This document shows positions 49,517 through 58,418 of a stretch of 64,000 nt of DNA, in pieces (the first letter of the stretch is position 1; the number at the start of each line of letters is the position of its first letter). A program made the position numbers and the translations under genes. The stretch is taken from NCBI GenBank assembly GCA_963703285.1, contig OY969807.1, positions 1,856,001 through 1,920,000 on the forward strand, read 5' to 3'. This DNA is from an uncultured Nitrososphaerota archaeon. Its GTDB lineage: Archaea; Thermoproteota; Nitrososphaeria; Nitrososphaerales; Gagatemarchaeaceae. The notes beneath the pieces were generated by a model. The model was not told the origin of the DNA, searched no databases, and was given only the letters and a program-made list of their open reading frames with translations.

Positions 49517-50403
49517 CCCCTGCGAACCGAGAAGAGGAACCTCCGATTGACGTCTCCTTCAGCATCAATGGGAGCAGGGCTGCATCGGTCAACAGAGACG
49601 AGTCCCTCATCATGTATGTCTCGTTGACCAACTATGAAGCCACATCGGCCGTCCTCAACAACGAGTCCATCAACGCGCGCATCGAAGATTTCAGGAAGGA
49701 GGCCAAGGAGAGGGACATCGACCGAGACGACCTGAACAAGCGGGTGAAGGCGCTCTCGGCGGGCCTGAAGCCGGTCAGGACGTTCAGGTTCGGAGGCAGA
49801 GAGAACTGGACAGCGTTTCTGAAGATTGAGATAAAGAACGGGGAGAGTTGGGTCCCATCTGTTTGGTCCACAAGACTCCTATCCTGGGCTCCGAGGACCT
49901 CCGTGGCGGAGCTGGACTCGGACCGGATCTGCTTCGCGGAGTTGGGCATCGACCCAGAAGAAGTGGAAAAAATCCCGAAGGGTCTCCACGAGGTCAGGGT
50001 CGCTCTCGAGCTCGTCAAGGGATTCAAGACGGTCTCCAACACCGCAATGCTCGAGTTCACAGGCAAGGACACGCCCGCCGAGACAAGGTCCGGAGAGGGC
50101 TTCCTCTTCGCGCTGGGCACCTACTACATGAAGCGCGGTCCGAGGGACCGAGCCATGACCTTCCTCCGGGACGTCAACGCAGCACACCCCGACTACGACC
50201 GGATCGTCGTGTTGTTGGGGGACGTCCTCGAAGCGGATGGGGACCTTAACGGCGCGCTTGAGCTCTACAGGCAGGCGCTCGCATCTTACAGGAAGCGGGA
50301 GCACAACAGGACAGAGGAGCCCGAGGCTCTAGTCGCCCGGATAAACCGGATACAGCTGCGCATAACGGGACGGACGGATGGCGTGGGTCTGGGTGTAAAA
50401 TAA
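49513..50403 (+). CDS. TPR-containing protein
   Basis: LGTYYMKRG..A and LGDVLEADGDLNGALELYRQAL; GTGA overlap with the peptidase stop. Confidence 0.65.
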   Translation: MTPANREEEPPIDVSFSINGSRAASVNRDESLIMYVSLTNYEATSAVLNNESINARIEDFRKEAKERDIDRDDLNKRVKALSAGLKPVRTFRFGGRENWTAFLKIEIKNGESWVPSVWSTRLLSWAPRTSVAELDSDRICFAELGIDPEEVEKIPKGLHEVRVALELVKGFKTVSNTAMLEFTGKDTPAETRSGEGFLFALGTYYMKRGPRDRAMTFLRDVNAAHPDYDRIVVLLGDVLEADGDLNGALELYRQALASYRKREHNRTEEPEALVARINRIQLRITGRTDGVGLGVK

Positions 50404-50425
50404 ATAGCCTCGAGATGAGATTGTC

Positions 50426-51406
50426 GTGGTTATGTCGCGTCCTTCGTATCAGATAAATTTGGGGTCTGCTGCCGTGGAACGCGGGGGCGCAGGTGATCTC
50501 GTTTCTGTACGCGTCTCTACCGACCTGGAGGGCAGGGCCGGCCTCTGCGAACTGGTCGTGAGGGCGAACGACTCGAACCTCGATTTTTCCGTCGGCGATT
50601 CCATGGACGCCTCGTTGGGGTACGTCGACGACACGACCAAGGTATTCACCGGTACGATAGACAGCGTATTCAGGGAGCTCGACTACGACCGCATCGTCTC
50701 TCTGAACTCCGTGGCGAAGCTCCAGAGGTACCGCACGGACAAGTTGTTCGAGAATCAGACCTGCGGCGCCATAGTCACCGACCTTGCGGCCTCTGCGAAC
50801 GCCTCCACCGGAGACGTCCAGGATGGACTCCAGCTTCCCTTCTACGCCGTCGATAGCGCGAAGAACGCGCACGAGCACGTGCTCGAGCTCGCGCGGCGCT
50901 GCGGCCACGAGGCCTACGTCGACGCGGACGACGCGCTTGCGTTCGGGCCATACGAGGCGGATTCCCCCAAACAGTTCGAGTACGGGAAGACCATCATCGC
51001 CGTGACGCGCCTCGAAAGGGGCGCGATCTTCGGCTCCGTCCACGTCTACGGCGAGAGCCCTTCGAGCTCGAAGGGGGCCGATTCTGTGCACTGGCTGACG
51101 AAGACGCCGGTCGACTCCACCAGCGGCGACGGCAATGCGCTGCTCGTGAGCGACGCGGCGGTAAGAGACACCGACACTGCGGGGAGCGTCAGCGATGTCC
51201 TGTTGGCCTCTGTCTCTCGTAACACGCTCCTCCGGCTGAAGACGCTCGGCGACGCGACGGTCGCCCTGAACTCCACGGTGCAGATACTGAGCATGACGGA
51301 CGAAGCTCTGAACGGCGATTATCAGGTAAGGGGAGTGGAGCACCTCTTCAGCAAGTCGAGGGGCTTCACCACGACCCTCTTGCTTTCGGGGACGGGTCAA
51401 GAATGA
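50426..51406 (+). CDS. Baseplate hub protein (P2 gpD / Mu gp44-like)
   Basis: LGY....VFTGTID, LARRCGHEAYVDADDALAF, GDYQVRGVEHLFSKSRGFTT. Confidence 0.8.
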   Translation: MVMSRPSYQINLGSAAVERGGAGDLVSVRVSTDLEGRAGLCELVVRANDSNLDFSVGDSMDASLGYVDDTTKVFTGTIDSVFRELDYDRIVSLNSVAKLQRYRTDKLFENQTCGAIVTDLAASANASTGDVQDGLQLPFYAVDSAKNAHEHVLELARRCGHEAYVDADDALAFGPYEADSPKQFEYGKTIIAVTRLERGAIFGSVHVYGESPSSSKGADSVHWLTKTPVDSTSGDGNALLVSDAAVRDTDTAGSVSDVLLASVSRNTLLRLKTLGDATVALNSTVQILSMTDEALNGDYQVRGVEHLFSKSRGFTTTLLLSGTGQE

Positions 51407-51828
51407 GCGAAGAGAAACCGGTACTCGGCAGAGACCTCAGACTGGTAGAGACGCAGACGGGCGCCGACCTTGCACTCTCCGCGAGCGGAGACCTCGACCT
51501 CGTGGAGGACGAACTGAACCTCGGCCAGGCGATTGTGCACAGGATCAGGACGAGAAGGGGAGAGCTCACCGACATAGGACACAGGAGGTACGGCTCGCGG
51601 CTCTACGACCTGATAGGCGAGCCGAACAACGATACGACGAGGGAGCGCATCAAGGTGCTCGTGAGAGAGGCGCTCGCCCACGAGTCAAGGGTCAAGGAAA
51701 TACTCGGCCTTACGGTGACCCCCTCAAAGGATAGAGCCGACGCAGTGAGCATCGAGATCAGCGTCTCCGCCATCGGCGGCGAGGTCCCACTCAACATAGT
51801 CATGCCCTTCTACCTGGAGGTCGCCTGA
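51403..51828 (+). CDS. Baseplate wedge protein gp25/GPW family
   Basis: NLGQAIVHRIRTRRGEL...YGSRLYDLIGEP...ESRV. Confidence 0.88.
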   Translation: MSEEKPVLGRDLRLVETQTGADLALSASGDLDLVEDELNLGQAIVHRIRTRRGELTDIGHRRYGSRLYDLIGEPNNDTTRERIKVLVREALAHESRVKEILGLTVTPSKDRADAVSIEISVSAIGGEVPLNIVMPFYLEVA

Positions 51829-51829
51829 T

Positions 51830-53446
51830 ACGTCCTCGCCCTACTCCAGGAAGTCCTTCGCGGAGATTACGGAGTCGATACTCGAACAGCTAACCAAGGG
51901 CGTGGTCGACGAGAAGCACGTGTACGACTCGGCGAAGGTGAGGTACAAGCTTGGGACGGACGAGAGGGTGAGGTCGATAGCCAAGGTCGAGGGGACGGTC
52001 AAGGGCAACAGGCACGTCTTCTCGCCCGAATCCGACTACGCGCTCTCCGACAACATGCTCGAGTGGACCTCCGGCGCCAAGCCCGACCAGATGACGCCCT
52101 TCCGCGTAAGCTACTCCTTCGGTGTCCCGTCTCCGATAACGGACGTCAACACGGGGTCCGTCGTGAGAACGATTGTGGAGGCGATAGGGAGGGAGATGGA
52201 GTACCTATACGTCCAGATGGACTACGTGTACGCTTCGGGATTCATCGACACCGCGACGGGGAGCGCCCTCGACCAGGTCGTCGCCATGCTAGGCGCGAGG
52301 AGGAGACCGGCGCAGAAGGCGCGGGGCGCCGTCGTCTTCGGGAGGAAGAACCCGCCCCAGGAGGGGAGCAGCGTAGAGGAGGTCGTCCTGCACGAGGGAA
52401 GGACCGAGTACCCCCTCAAGCAATCTCCCGTGAAGGAGGTGACCTCGGTGCGCGGGAGGACGGCAGGGGCCCCCGTGCAGTTCAAGAAGGGCGTGGACTA
52501 CCGCCTCTCCGGAAACTCGCTGGTCTGGACCCCCGGGGGGACCTCTCCAGAGCAGGGAACCGAGTTCACCATTAACTACAAGACGTTCCAGCAGGTCACC
52601 ATACCACCCGCTACGAAGGTTTCGACCTTCTCCAAGCGCGGAGAAGACGCGGTCGTCTTCCACACCATTGGCACGGCGGCCTTGGGAAGGACGGAGGACG
52701 GCGCGTGGGAGGCGGAGGTCACGGTCGAGGCCGACGAGCCGGGTCAGCGGGGGAACGTCCTTCCTGGGACCGTGACGCTGATGCCGAAGCCGGTGGAGGG
52801 GGTCGAGTACACGATTAACAGGAGAACCATCAGCGGTGGCTCGCCCATCGAGATGGACGACGAGCTCCGTTCGCGGGCCAGGGGGGAGCTCAAGTCCTTG
52901 GGACGGGCTACCCGGACCGCCCTCAAACAGAGGATAGAGAATGTCGACGGAGTCCTCCGCCCCGTCAAGATAGAGGAGCTCCCGATACCCTTCAGCACGG
53001 AGGTTGGAGGGGCCCCCGTGCAGCTCCCCATCCCTGGAGTGGTCCGCGTGATTGTAGACGGCGGCGACATCGAGGAGATAAGGCGCGTCGTGGAGGAGAC
53101 GCGTGCTGCGGGTGTGCTGGTGGAGGTCGTGAGACCGAGGCAGGTCCTGTTGGGCGTCCAGGCGGTCGTGGAGCTCGAACGCAATGCTCGGCTCGAGAAG
53201 GTCCAGGCGCTCATACGGGAGCAGCTCGAGGGCTATGTCGATTCTCTGCAGACGGGAGACACGGTGATATTCAGTCGAGTAGCCTCGTTCATCCTCTCCG
53301 CCGAGGGAGTCCGCGACGTGAAGAGCATCCAGGTCCAGGCGTACCGGGAGGGACAAGCAGCCAGCTTCAACACCAACGTCAGCCTCGCCCAGGACGAGAA
53401 GGCCCGGCTTAGGGACGTCTCAATCCAGCCGGCAGGAGGCCCTTAG
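51830..53446 (+). CDS. Baseplate J-like protein, probable ACG start
   Basis: GSVVRTIVEA, FIDTATGSALD, EPGQRGNV, GGSPIEMDDELRSR; GGAGGT 51816-51821 before in-frame ACG 51830. Confidence 0.88.
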   Translation, partial: TSSPYSRKSFAEITESILEQLTKGVVDEKHVYDSAKVRYKLGTDERVRSIAKVEGTVKGNRHVFSPESDYALSDNMLEWTSGAKPDQMTPFRVSYSFGVPSPITDVNTGSVVRTIVEAIGREMEYLYVQMDYVYASGFIDTATGSALDQVVAMLGARRRPAQKARGAVVFGRKNPPQEGSSVEEVVLHEGRTEYPLKQSPVKEVTSVRGRTAGAPVQFKKGVDYRLSGNSLVWTPGGTSPEQGTEFTINYKTFQQVTIPPATKVSTFSKRGEDAVVFHTIGTAALGRTEDGAWEAEVTVEADEPGQRGNVLPGTVTLMPKPVEGVEYTINRRTISGGSPIEMDDELRSRARGELKSLGRATRTALKQRIENVDGVLRPVKIEELPIPFSTEVGGAPVQLPIPGVVRVIVDGGDIEEIRRVVEETRAAGVLVEVVRPRQVLLGVQAVVELERNARLEKVQALIREQLEGYVDSLQTGDTVIFSRVASFILSAEGVRDVKSIQVQAYREGQAASFNTNVSLAQDEKARLRDVSIQPAGGP

Positions 53447-53448
53447 AC

Positions 53449-54360
53449 TTGCAGCGGACCGCGCGGGTCGCCGAGAGGCTCCCAGAGTTCTATCGCTCCT
53501 GGGACCCAGATAGCGTCCTCTACGGGCTCATCAACGCCTTCGCCAGGTCGCTGAACGAGCAGCAACGGGACCTCTTCCGGATTCCGAGGACCCACTGGGT
53601 AGAGACGGCCCACCTCGCCGACCTCGACGCAATCGGTGCAATCTTCGACCTCCTGCGCTCTCCGGGAGAGACCGACGAGGACTACAGGATAAGGATCAAG
53701 AACGGCATCCAGCGGTTCAAGGGCGGCGGCACCAGGGAATCCGTGATATCGATGATGGCCGCGTTCCTGAAGACGGAGGGAGCCGAGCTCGAGCTGGTGG
53801 AGAACCCCGCCGCCCCGCTCGTCGTCACGCGTTCTGTCGCGGGCGACAGCGAGTGGACCCTCGGAAGCATGGGCGTGGAGGACGCCCCGCCTAGGATGGA
53901 GCTCTCGGTCGTTGACGAGGGCGAGAGGATAGTCGACCCGACCCTGACAGTCAAGGAGACGGGCGCCAGCGTCAGGTTCAGGGGGACCGTCGCCTACGGC
54001 CAGCGCCTGGTCATCGAGGGTGCGCGTGCGACGCTCGACGAGGAAGACGTCTCGGACAGCCTAGAACGGAAGGGCGAGCCCTCCCTCCTCCGGTCGGGGT
54101 CGACCTGGTCCTTCCACGAGGCGCTCTCCTCCCTGGTGGGGAGCTTCGACCGCTCCGTCTTCGATGGCTCCGTCTTCCAGAAGCCCGTGCCTAGGGTCCG
54201 CGTCAGGTTCGATTGGACCAGCAGGCAGCCCTGCGCCTTCGAGCTGGTCGTTCCCCGCCGCGCCCTGGAGAGGAGCCACTCATCGCCGGAGGAGGTCGAG
54301 GGCCTCCTCAATATTATAAGGGCCCAGGGAGTCAGGGCGACCCTAAGAGTCAAGGAGTAG
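53449..54360 (+). CDS. Baseplate wedge/tail protein (gpI-like)
   Basis: LPEFY...LDAIGAIFDLLRSPGETDEDYRIRI...GGT; follows baseplate J. Confidence 0.65.
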   Translation: MQRTARVAERLPEFYRSWDPDSVLYGLINAFARSLNEQQRDLFRIPRTHWVETAHLADLDAIGAIFDLLRSPGETDEDYRIRIKNGIQRFKGGGTRESVISMMAAFLKTEGAELELVENPAAPLVVTRSVAGDSEWTLGSMGVEDAPPRMELSVVDEGERIVDPTLTVKETGASVRFRGTVAYGQRLVIEGARATLDEEDVSDSLERKGEPSLLRSGSTWSFHEALSSLVGSFDRSVFDGSVFQKPVPRVRVRFDWTSRQPCAFELVVPRRALERSHSSPEEVEGLLNIIRAQGVRATLRVKE

Positions 54361-54372
54361 GTGCATCGTTGG

Positions 54373-55023
54373 ATGACAGAGTTTAAACCGAGACCTGCGC
54401 AGCCGGGCGAGCCGATCAAGTCCGAGGACTGGAACTACGTCCAGCAGGGCCTCCTGGACGAGATCCTCGCGCTGCGGGCGCGGTGCGACGACCTCCGGAA
54501 GTACGTCGACAACATGTCCGTCCTCCACACCATGACCAACCTCGAGAGCGCCGAGGGCAAGTCATACGGGCTCGATGAAACGGTGCCCGGCGAGGTGGGG
54601 AACTACGGTGCCGGCGTCGTTGGGCTGATCTCGCGGCAGTGGGTACCGCCCCTGAAGGGGAACGTCGGAATCTGCAGGTTCACCCTGACGAACGCCTTCG
54701 ACCAGCTCGACTTCTGGGCCGGAGCCGAGGGAGGCAACAGGAGGGCCCTCGAAGTCACGCTGAACTACGCGGACGGGACGACAGAGACCTTTCCTGACCT
54801 TTACGTCCACGACAGAGCAGCGCTTGCGCCAGCCGGAGACGACAATCCGTTCGTCGAGTACATCCTCTCTCCCTCGCAGTGGGTCTGGTACCGGTACAGG
54901 TTAGCCAACCCGCACCCGGAGCGCGAGGTCATCTCCGTCTCCTTCGCGAACGCGAGCCCCGAGGCCCGCGGCAGGATCGGAAACGTGGTTCAGCTCCGAG
55001 TCAAGGTCAGACAGCTAGCGTGA
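54373..55023 (+). CDS. Hypothetical CIS-associated protein (fibre-attachment-like N-terminus)
   Basis: PGEPIKSEDWN followed by a short coiled coil and a beta domain. Confidence 0.5.
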   Translation: MTEFKPRPAQPGEPIKSEDWNYVQQGLLDEILALRARCDDLRKYVDNMSVLHTMTNLESAEGKSYGLDETVPGEVGNYGAGVVGLISRQWVPPLKGNVGICRFTLTNAFDQLDFWAGAEGGNRRALEVTLNYADGTTETFPDLYVHDRAALAPAGDDNPFVEYILSPSQWVWYRYRLANPHPEREVISVSFANASPEARGRIGNVVQLRVKVRQLA

Positions 55024-55029
55024 TGGTGG

Positions 55030-55740
55030 ATGCACGAACTCTCTGAACGGGTCGTCGACGTCCTGAAGGAGAGGCTGGAGATTGTCCCGGCACAGAGCAT
55101 CGCGGCGAGGACCCCGGGCGGGAAGAAGGTGCCAAAGCTCCCGTTCGTCTTCGTCTACACGCCCGAGTTCACCTTCGAGGATGCGGGCGTAGGAGGAGGA
55201 AGCGTGCAGGTATCCGAGGAGGTCGAGGACACCCGGGAGGGCAACGGCAAGGGTGCGACCTTCAAGCTGTCGCAGAGGGCCCAGAGGCCGCTCAAGTCCG
55301 TCGAGTCTCCCTCCGGCTCGCAGCTCATCGAGGGGTCAGACTTCACGGTGAACTACGGGACGGGGAGGGTCACCTTCGAGAAGCCGCCGAAGGACGGGGC
55401 GGCCGTCGTCTTCCGCTACCTGTCAGCGGCAAGTGCGGGGAGGACGCGTGCGGTGAGGCTCAGCGTTGTCCTGCACGTCGACGTTTGGGGCGAGGACGAG
55501 GCGAGCGTCGACGACATCGTCCTAGACGTGATAAAGGGGATGGTGCTCTCCCAGGAGGCCCTCACGCGGAGAGGACTAAACCTCAAACCCTCGAAGGGCT
55601 TCATCCTGGGCCAGGAGGACGGCCTCCCCGACGAGATCTTCGCGCAGCGGGTCGTCTACACCGCCGAGACAGAGGTGCAGGCCAGGGAGTCGATCCCGAG
55701 GATTGAGAGCATCGAGGTCCGACAGAAGCCCCCGCTGTGA
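55030..55740 (+). CDS. Probable tail terminator/cap protein with inserted beta module
   Basis: LPFVFVY...LHVDVWGED pattern; insert DFTVNYGTGRVTFEKPP. Confidence 0.5.
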   Translation: MHELSERVVDVLKERLEIVPAQSIAARTPGGKKVPKLPFVFVYTPEFTFEDAGVGGGSVQVSEEVEDTREGNGKGATFKLSQRAQRPLKSVESPSGSQLIEGSDFTVNYGTGRVTFEKPPKDGAAVVFRYLSAASAGRTRAVRLSVVLHVDVWGEDEASVDDIVLDVIKGMVLSQEALTRRGLNLKPSKGFILGQEDGLPDEIFAQRVVYTAETEVQARESIPRIESIEVRQKPPL

Positions 55741-55789
55741 GAGAGATGTACACCGCGAGCGCAACCCCGAGCGAAGCCAGGGCGAGAGC

Positions 55790-56419
55790 ATGAGCGGCAT
55801 CGTCGACTCGATGAGGAAGATAGCTCAGGCCGAGGTGAGGAAGCTGCACCTCTCGGAGCTGGGAGTCGTCACCTCCGTCTTCCCGCACTCCGACGAAGGG
55901 GACAACGACAACTATGAATGCAACGTCAAGCTCAGGGACAGGGACATCGAGCTAAGGAAGGTCCCCGTGGCCACCTCGCAGGTGGGCCTCGTCAACCCCC
56001 CTCACGTGGGCGACCTCGTCCTGCTCGCCTTCGTCAACGGGGACTTCAACTCGCCGATAATCATAGGTCGGCTGTACAACGACGAGGACAGGCCCCCCAC
56101 GAGCCAGAGCGAGGAGGTGGTCTACAAGCCGGCCTACGACAAGAACGCCGACCTGCGCAGGGTCCACCTCGAGCTCCCCGAGGGCGACGTGAAGGTCACG
56201 ATCCAGGACGAGCAGCTGATCCTCCACGTCGGCGAGACGGACGTCACCGTCAGCAAGGAGAGCGTGACACTCGAGACGAAGAAGCCGATCACGATCAAGA
56301 CAGAGGATGACCTCTCGATCAAGGCGAAGAACATCAAGTTCGAGAGCGACGCCGCGACGGAGATCACCGCCTCGGGGAAGATGACCTTGAAGGGAGCGAC
56401 TGTGGAGATCAACCCGTAG
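55790..56419 (+). CDS. Baseplate spike protein (gpV/Gp5 OB-fold, VgrG-like)
   Basis: LGVVTSV, PHVGDLVLLAFVNGDFNSPIIIGRLY; C-terminal beta-helix ending LKGATVEIN. Confidence 0.9.
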   Translation: MSGIVDSMRKIAQAEVRKLHLSELGVVTSVFPHSDEGDNDNYECNVKLRDRDIELRKVPVATSQVGLVNPPHVGDLVLLAFVNGDFNSPIIIGRLYNDEDRPPTSQSEEVVYKPAYDKNADLRRVHLELPEGDVKVTIQDEQLILHVGETDVTVSKESVTLETKKPITIKTEDDLSIKAKNIKFESDAATEITASGKMTLKGATVEINP

Positions 56420-56429
56420 GTGCGGATGG

Positions 56430-56747
56430 ATGCCGAGCGCCGCCAGGCAGACCGACCAGGTGCAGGGGAACTGCGCGCACGGGTGCCCGGTCTGCCCCCA
56501 CCCGGTGGCCGGGATGATAGCCTCGGGCTCTCCGGACGTCCTGATCAACAGCCTGCCCGCGGCCCGAAAGGACGACAAGGGGCTGCACGCCGCGTGCTGC
56601 GCCGCCAACAACTTCACCATCTCCAACGGCTCCGCCACGGTGAAGGTGAACGGGAAGCCCATGGCCCGGGCCGGTGACCCGACACAGCACTGCGGCGGCA
56701 GCGGTACGATCTCGGCTGGGAGCCCCACCGTAATCGTGGGTGGGTGA
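56430..56747 (+). CDS. PAAR spike-tip protein
   Basis: SAAR, GSPDVLINSLPAAR, VNGKPMARAGD, ISAGSPTVIVG. Confidence 0.93.
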   Translation: MPSAARQTDQVQGNCAHGCPVCPHPVAGMIASGSPDVLINSLPAARKDDKGLHAACCAANNFTISNGSATVKVNGKPMARAGDPTQHCGGSGTISAGSPTVIVGG

Positions 56748-57570
56748 AGGCATGCCGGCCCCCGACGCGAACCTGATGTCTCAGCTCGTCAAGGCCAACT
56801 TCCTCTCCAAGGGCATCAAGGTCCCCTCCTCCTGGGACGCGAGCCTGGAGGACAAGTACAACGGGAAGGTCGATGACTTCAAGCCTGGCGTCCCGCGGCC
56901 CACGAACATCTTCGTCCCTCCCAGCGCGGACAAGATAGCGGTGGACGCCTGCAACAAGGTCAGCGAGGGTTTCGAAGGTTTCATCGACGACGTCTGCGGG
57001 GCGGTCTGCGGTTGCTGGAGCACCTGGCAGAGCACGGTCCAGTTCGTCGGGGTAATCATCAACGCGGGGGTCGGGATACTCCCGCCGGGAGGGATGGTCG
57101 GGGGCGGACTGATGGCTGGTCCGATGATCCTCGCCAGAATGAAGCAGAAGGGTGGCAACTACGCCCTCTACGGCAACGCCATCGCCTCCGCTATAGGTCA
57201 AGCTTGGACCGCGTGGGAGCTTGGCTACACGAACCCGGCCCTCCCGTTCCCCGGAGGGATGGTCTGCTCGACAACCATGCCGCCCTCCCCCAACACGCCC
57301 CTCCCCCTGGTGTCGGGGATGTCGCCGGGCGACGCGTTGATGGACGGGGCGTTGCTGAAGCTCTCTATGCTTGGGATGCTGGGTGCCCCCGGCGAGCACG
57401 CTGAGCCGCTTTGTGACTCGGTCGCCCAGGCGTTCGCCCAGCTCTTCCTGACTTGGAAGGGAACCACGATGATTTCGAATGTCCTGGGGGCGGGCGGCGT
57501 CGCCCCTCCTCCTCCCGCCCCTCCGGGTCCCGTCGCGGGTGCGGTGGGGAACGGGGGTAGCTTGGTGTGA
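56740..57570 (+). CDS. Hypothetical Gly/Pro-rich protein coupled to PAAR
   Basis: Overlaps the PAAR stop; repeated WxxW helices. Confidence 0.55.
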   Translation: MGEGMPAPDANLMSQLVKANFLSKGIKVPSSWDASLEDKYNGKVDDFKPGVPRPTNIFVPPSADKIAVDACNKVSEGFEGFIDDVCGAVCGCWSTWQSTVQFVGVIINAGVGILPPGGMVGGGLMAGPMILARMKQKGGNYALYGNAIASAIGQAWTAWELGYTNPALPFPGGMVCSTTMPPSPNTPLPLVSGMSPGDALMDGALLKLSMLGMLGAPGEHAEPLCDSVAQAFAQLFLTWKGTTMISNVLGAGGVAPPPPAPPGPVAGAVGNGGSLV

Positions 57571-57576
57571 ACGCTG

Positions 57577-58362
57577 TCAGGCGTTCTGCACAGGAGGAGG
57601 GGCTTCCGGCGCGGCGTTCTGGGGCTGCGCCGTTCCGCACGAGTAGCAGAACGAGGCAACCCTCGGGAGCTCGGCCCCGCAAGTCAGGCACTTCTTCGTC
57701 GCGATGCCACTGAAGGCCTCCTGCGGGATGCCGCAGTTCCAGCAGAAGGGAGCCTTGACGGGGATGGTGGTGTCGCAGTTCATGCAGAATTTGGTCTCGC
57801 GTCCGACGCCCTGGATGTTTGCCCTCGGCATCATGACCGAGAGCACCAGCGTCATCTTGCCCATGCTGCTCCTGAGGAAGGCGCCCCGTCCCTTGACTAT
57901 GTAGCTGACCTCGAACGTGTTGATTATCCCCTTGTCGCTTGTCTGGATGTACTGCGTGACGTCGACGTTGTCCTTCTTGATGGACCGCAGCTTCCCGGGA
58001 TCCGACGGCATGTCCTTTATCTCGACCATCTCACCGTTGATTCTTATCGCCCTCACCGGATCGAGGTAGGTGCTCCTCGTGTCTGTAAAATCCGCGAAGA
58101 AGGACATCACAACTCGCTCAGGCTGGTTGTACGCCAGCATCACGCTCTTCCTCGCCGGAGGGTGGCCGATCGTCTCGCCCGCCCAGACGACCTTGATGTA
58201 GTCAGCCTTCGGGAGGGGCCCCTGATCCTTCAGGACCGTCTGCTGGACGGGCATCTTCCTGATTGTCTTGACCACGCCCTCCCAGAAGACGACGACGAAG
58301 GTCGCGACTACCCCCGCGACGATCAGCCCTATCACGAGCCACTCCCAGGGTTCGAGGGCCAT
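57577..58362 (-). CDS. Membrane-anchored double zinc-ribbon protein
   Basis: N-terminal TM; CMNC..FCWNCG and CLTCG..FCYSCG. Confidence 0.75.
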   Translation of the reverse strand: MALEPWEWLVIGLIVAGVVATFVVVFWEGVVKTIRKMPVQQTVLKDQGPLPKADYIKVVWAGETIGHPPARKSVMLAYNQPERVVMSFFADFTDTRSTYLDPVRAIRINGEMVEIKDMPSDPGKLRSIKKDNVDVTQYIQTSDKGIINTFEVSYIVKGRGAFLRSSMGKMTLVLSVMMPRANIQGVGRETKFCMNCDTTIPVKAPFCWNCGIPQEAFSGIATKKCLTCGAELPRVASFCYSCGTAQPQNAAPEAPPPVQNA

Positions 58363-58418
58363 CGGGAATCGGCAAGAAAGCCGCGCGAACCGTATTTAAG
58401 GCTTGGACGTGACCGCGC

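Larger units (their letters stand above)
41677..57570 (+). other. Head-less contractile-tail / contractile injection system (CIS)-like operon
   Basis: Co-directional, mostly abutting sheath, tube, chaperone, hub, gp25, baseplate J, spike and PAAR genes; no capsid, portal, terminase or integrase in the window. Confidence 0.88.

Noticed and set aside
41677-57570. Intact provirus
   Set aside because: No capsid, portal, terminase, integrase, replication genes or att repeats in the window; the flanks are ordinary host genes.
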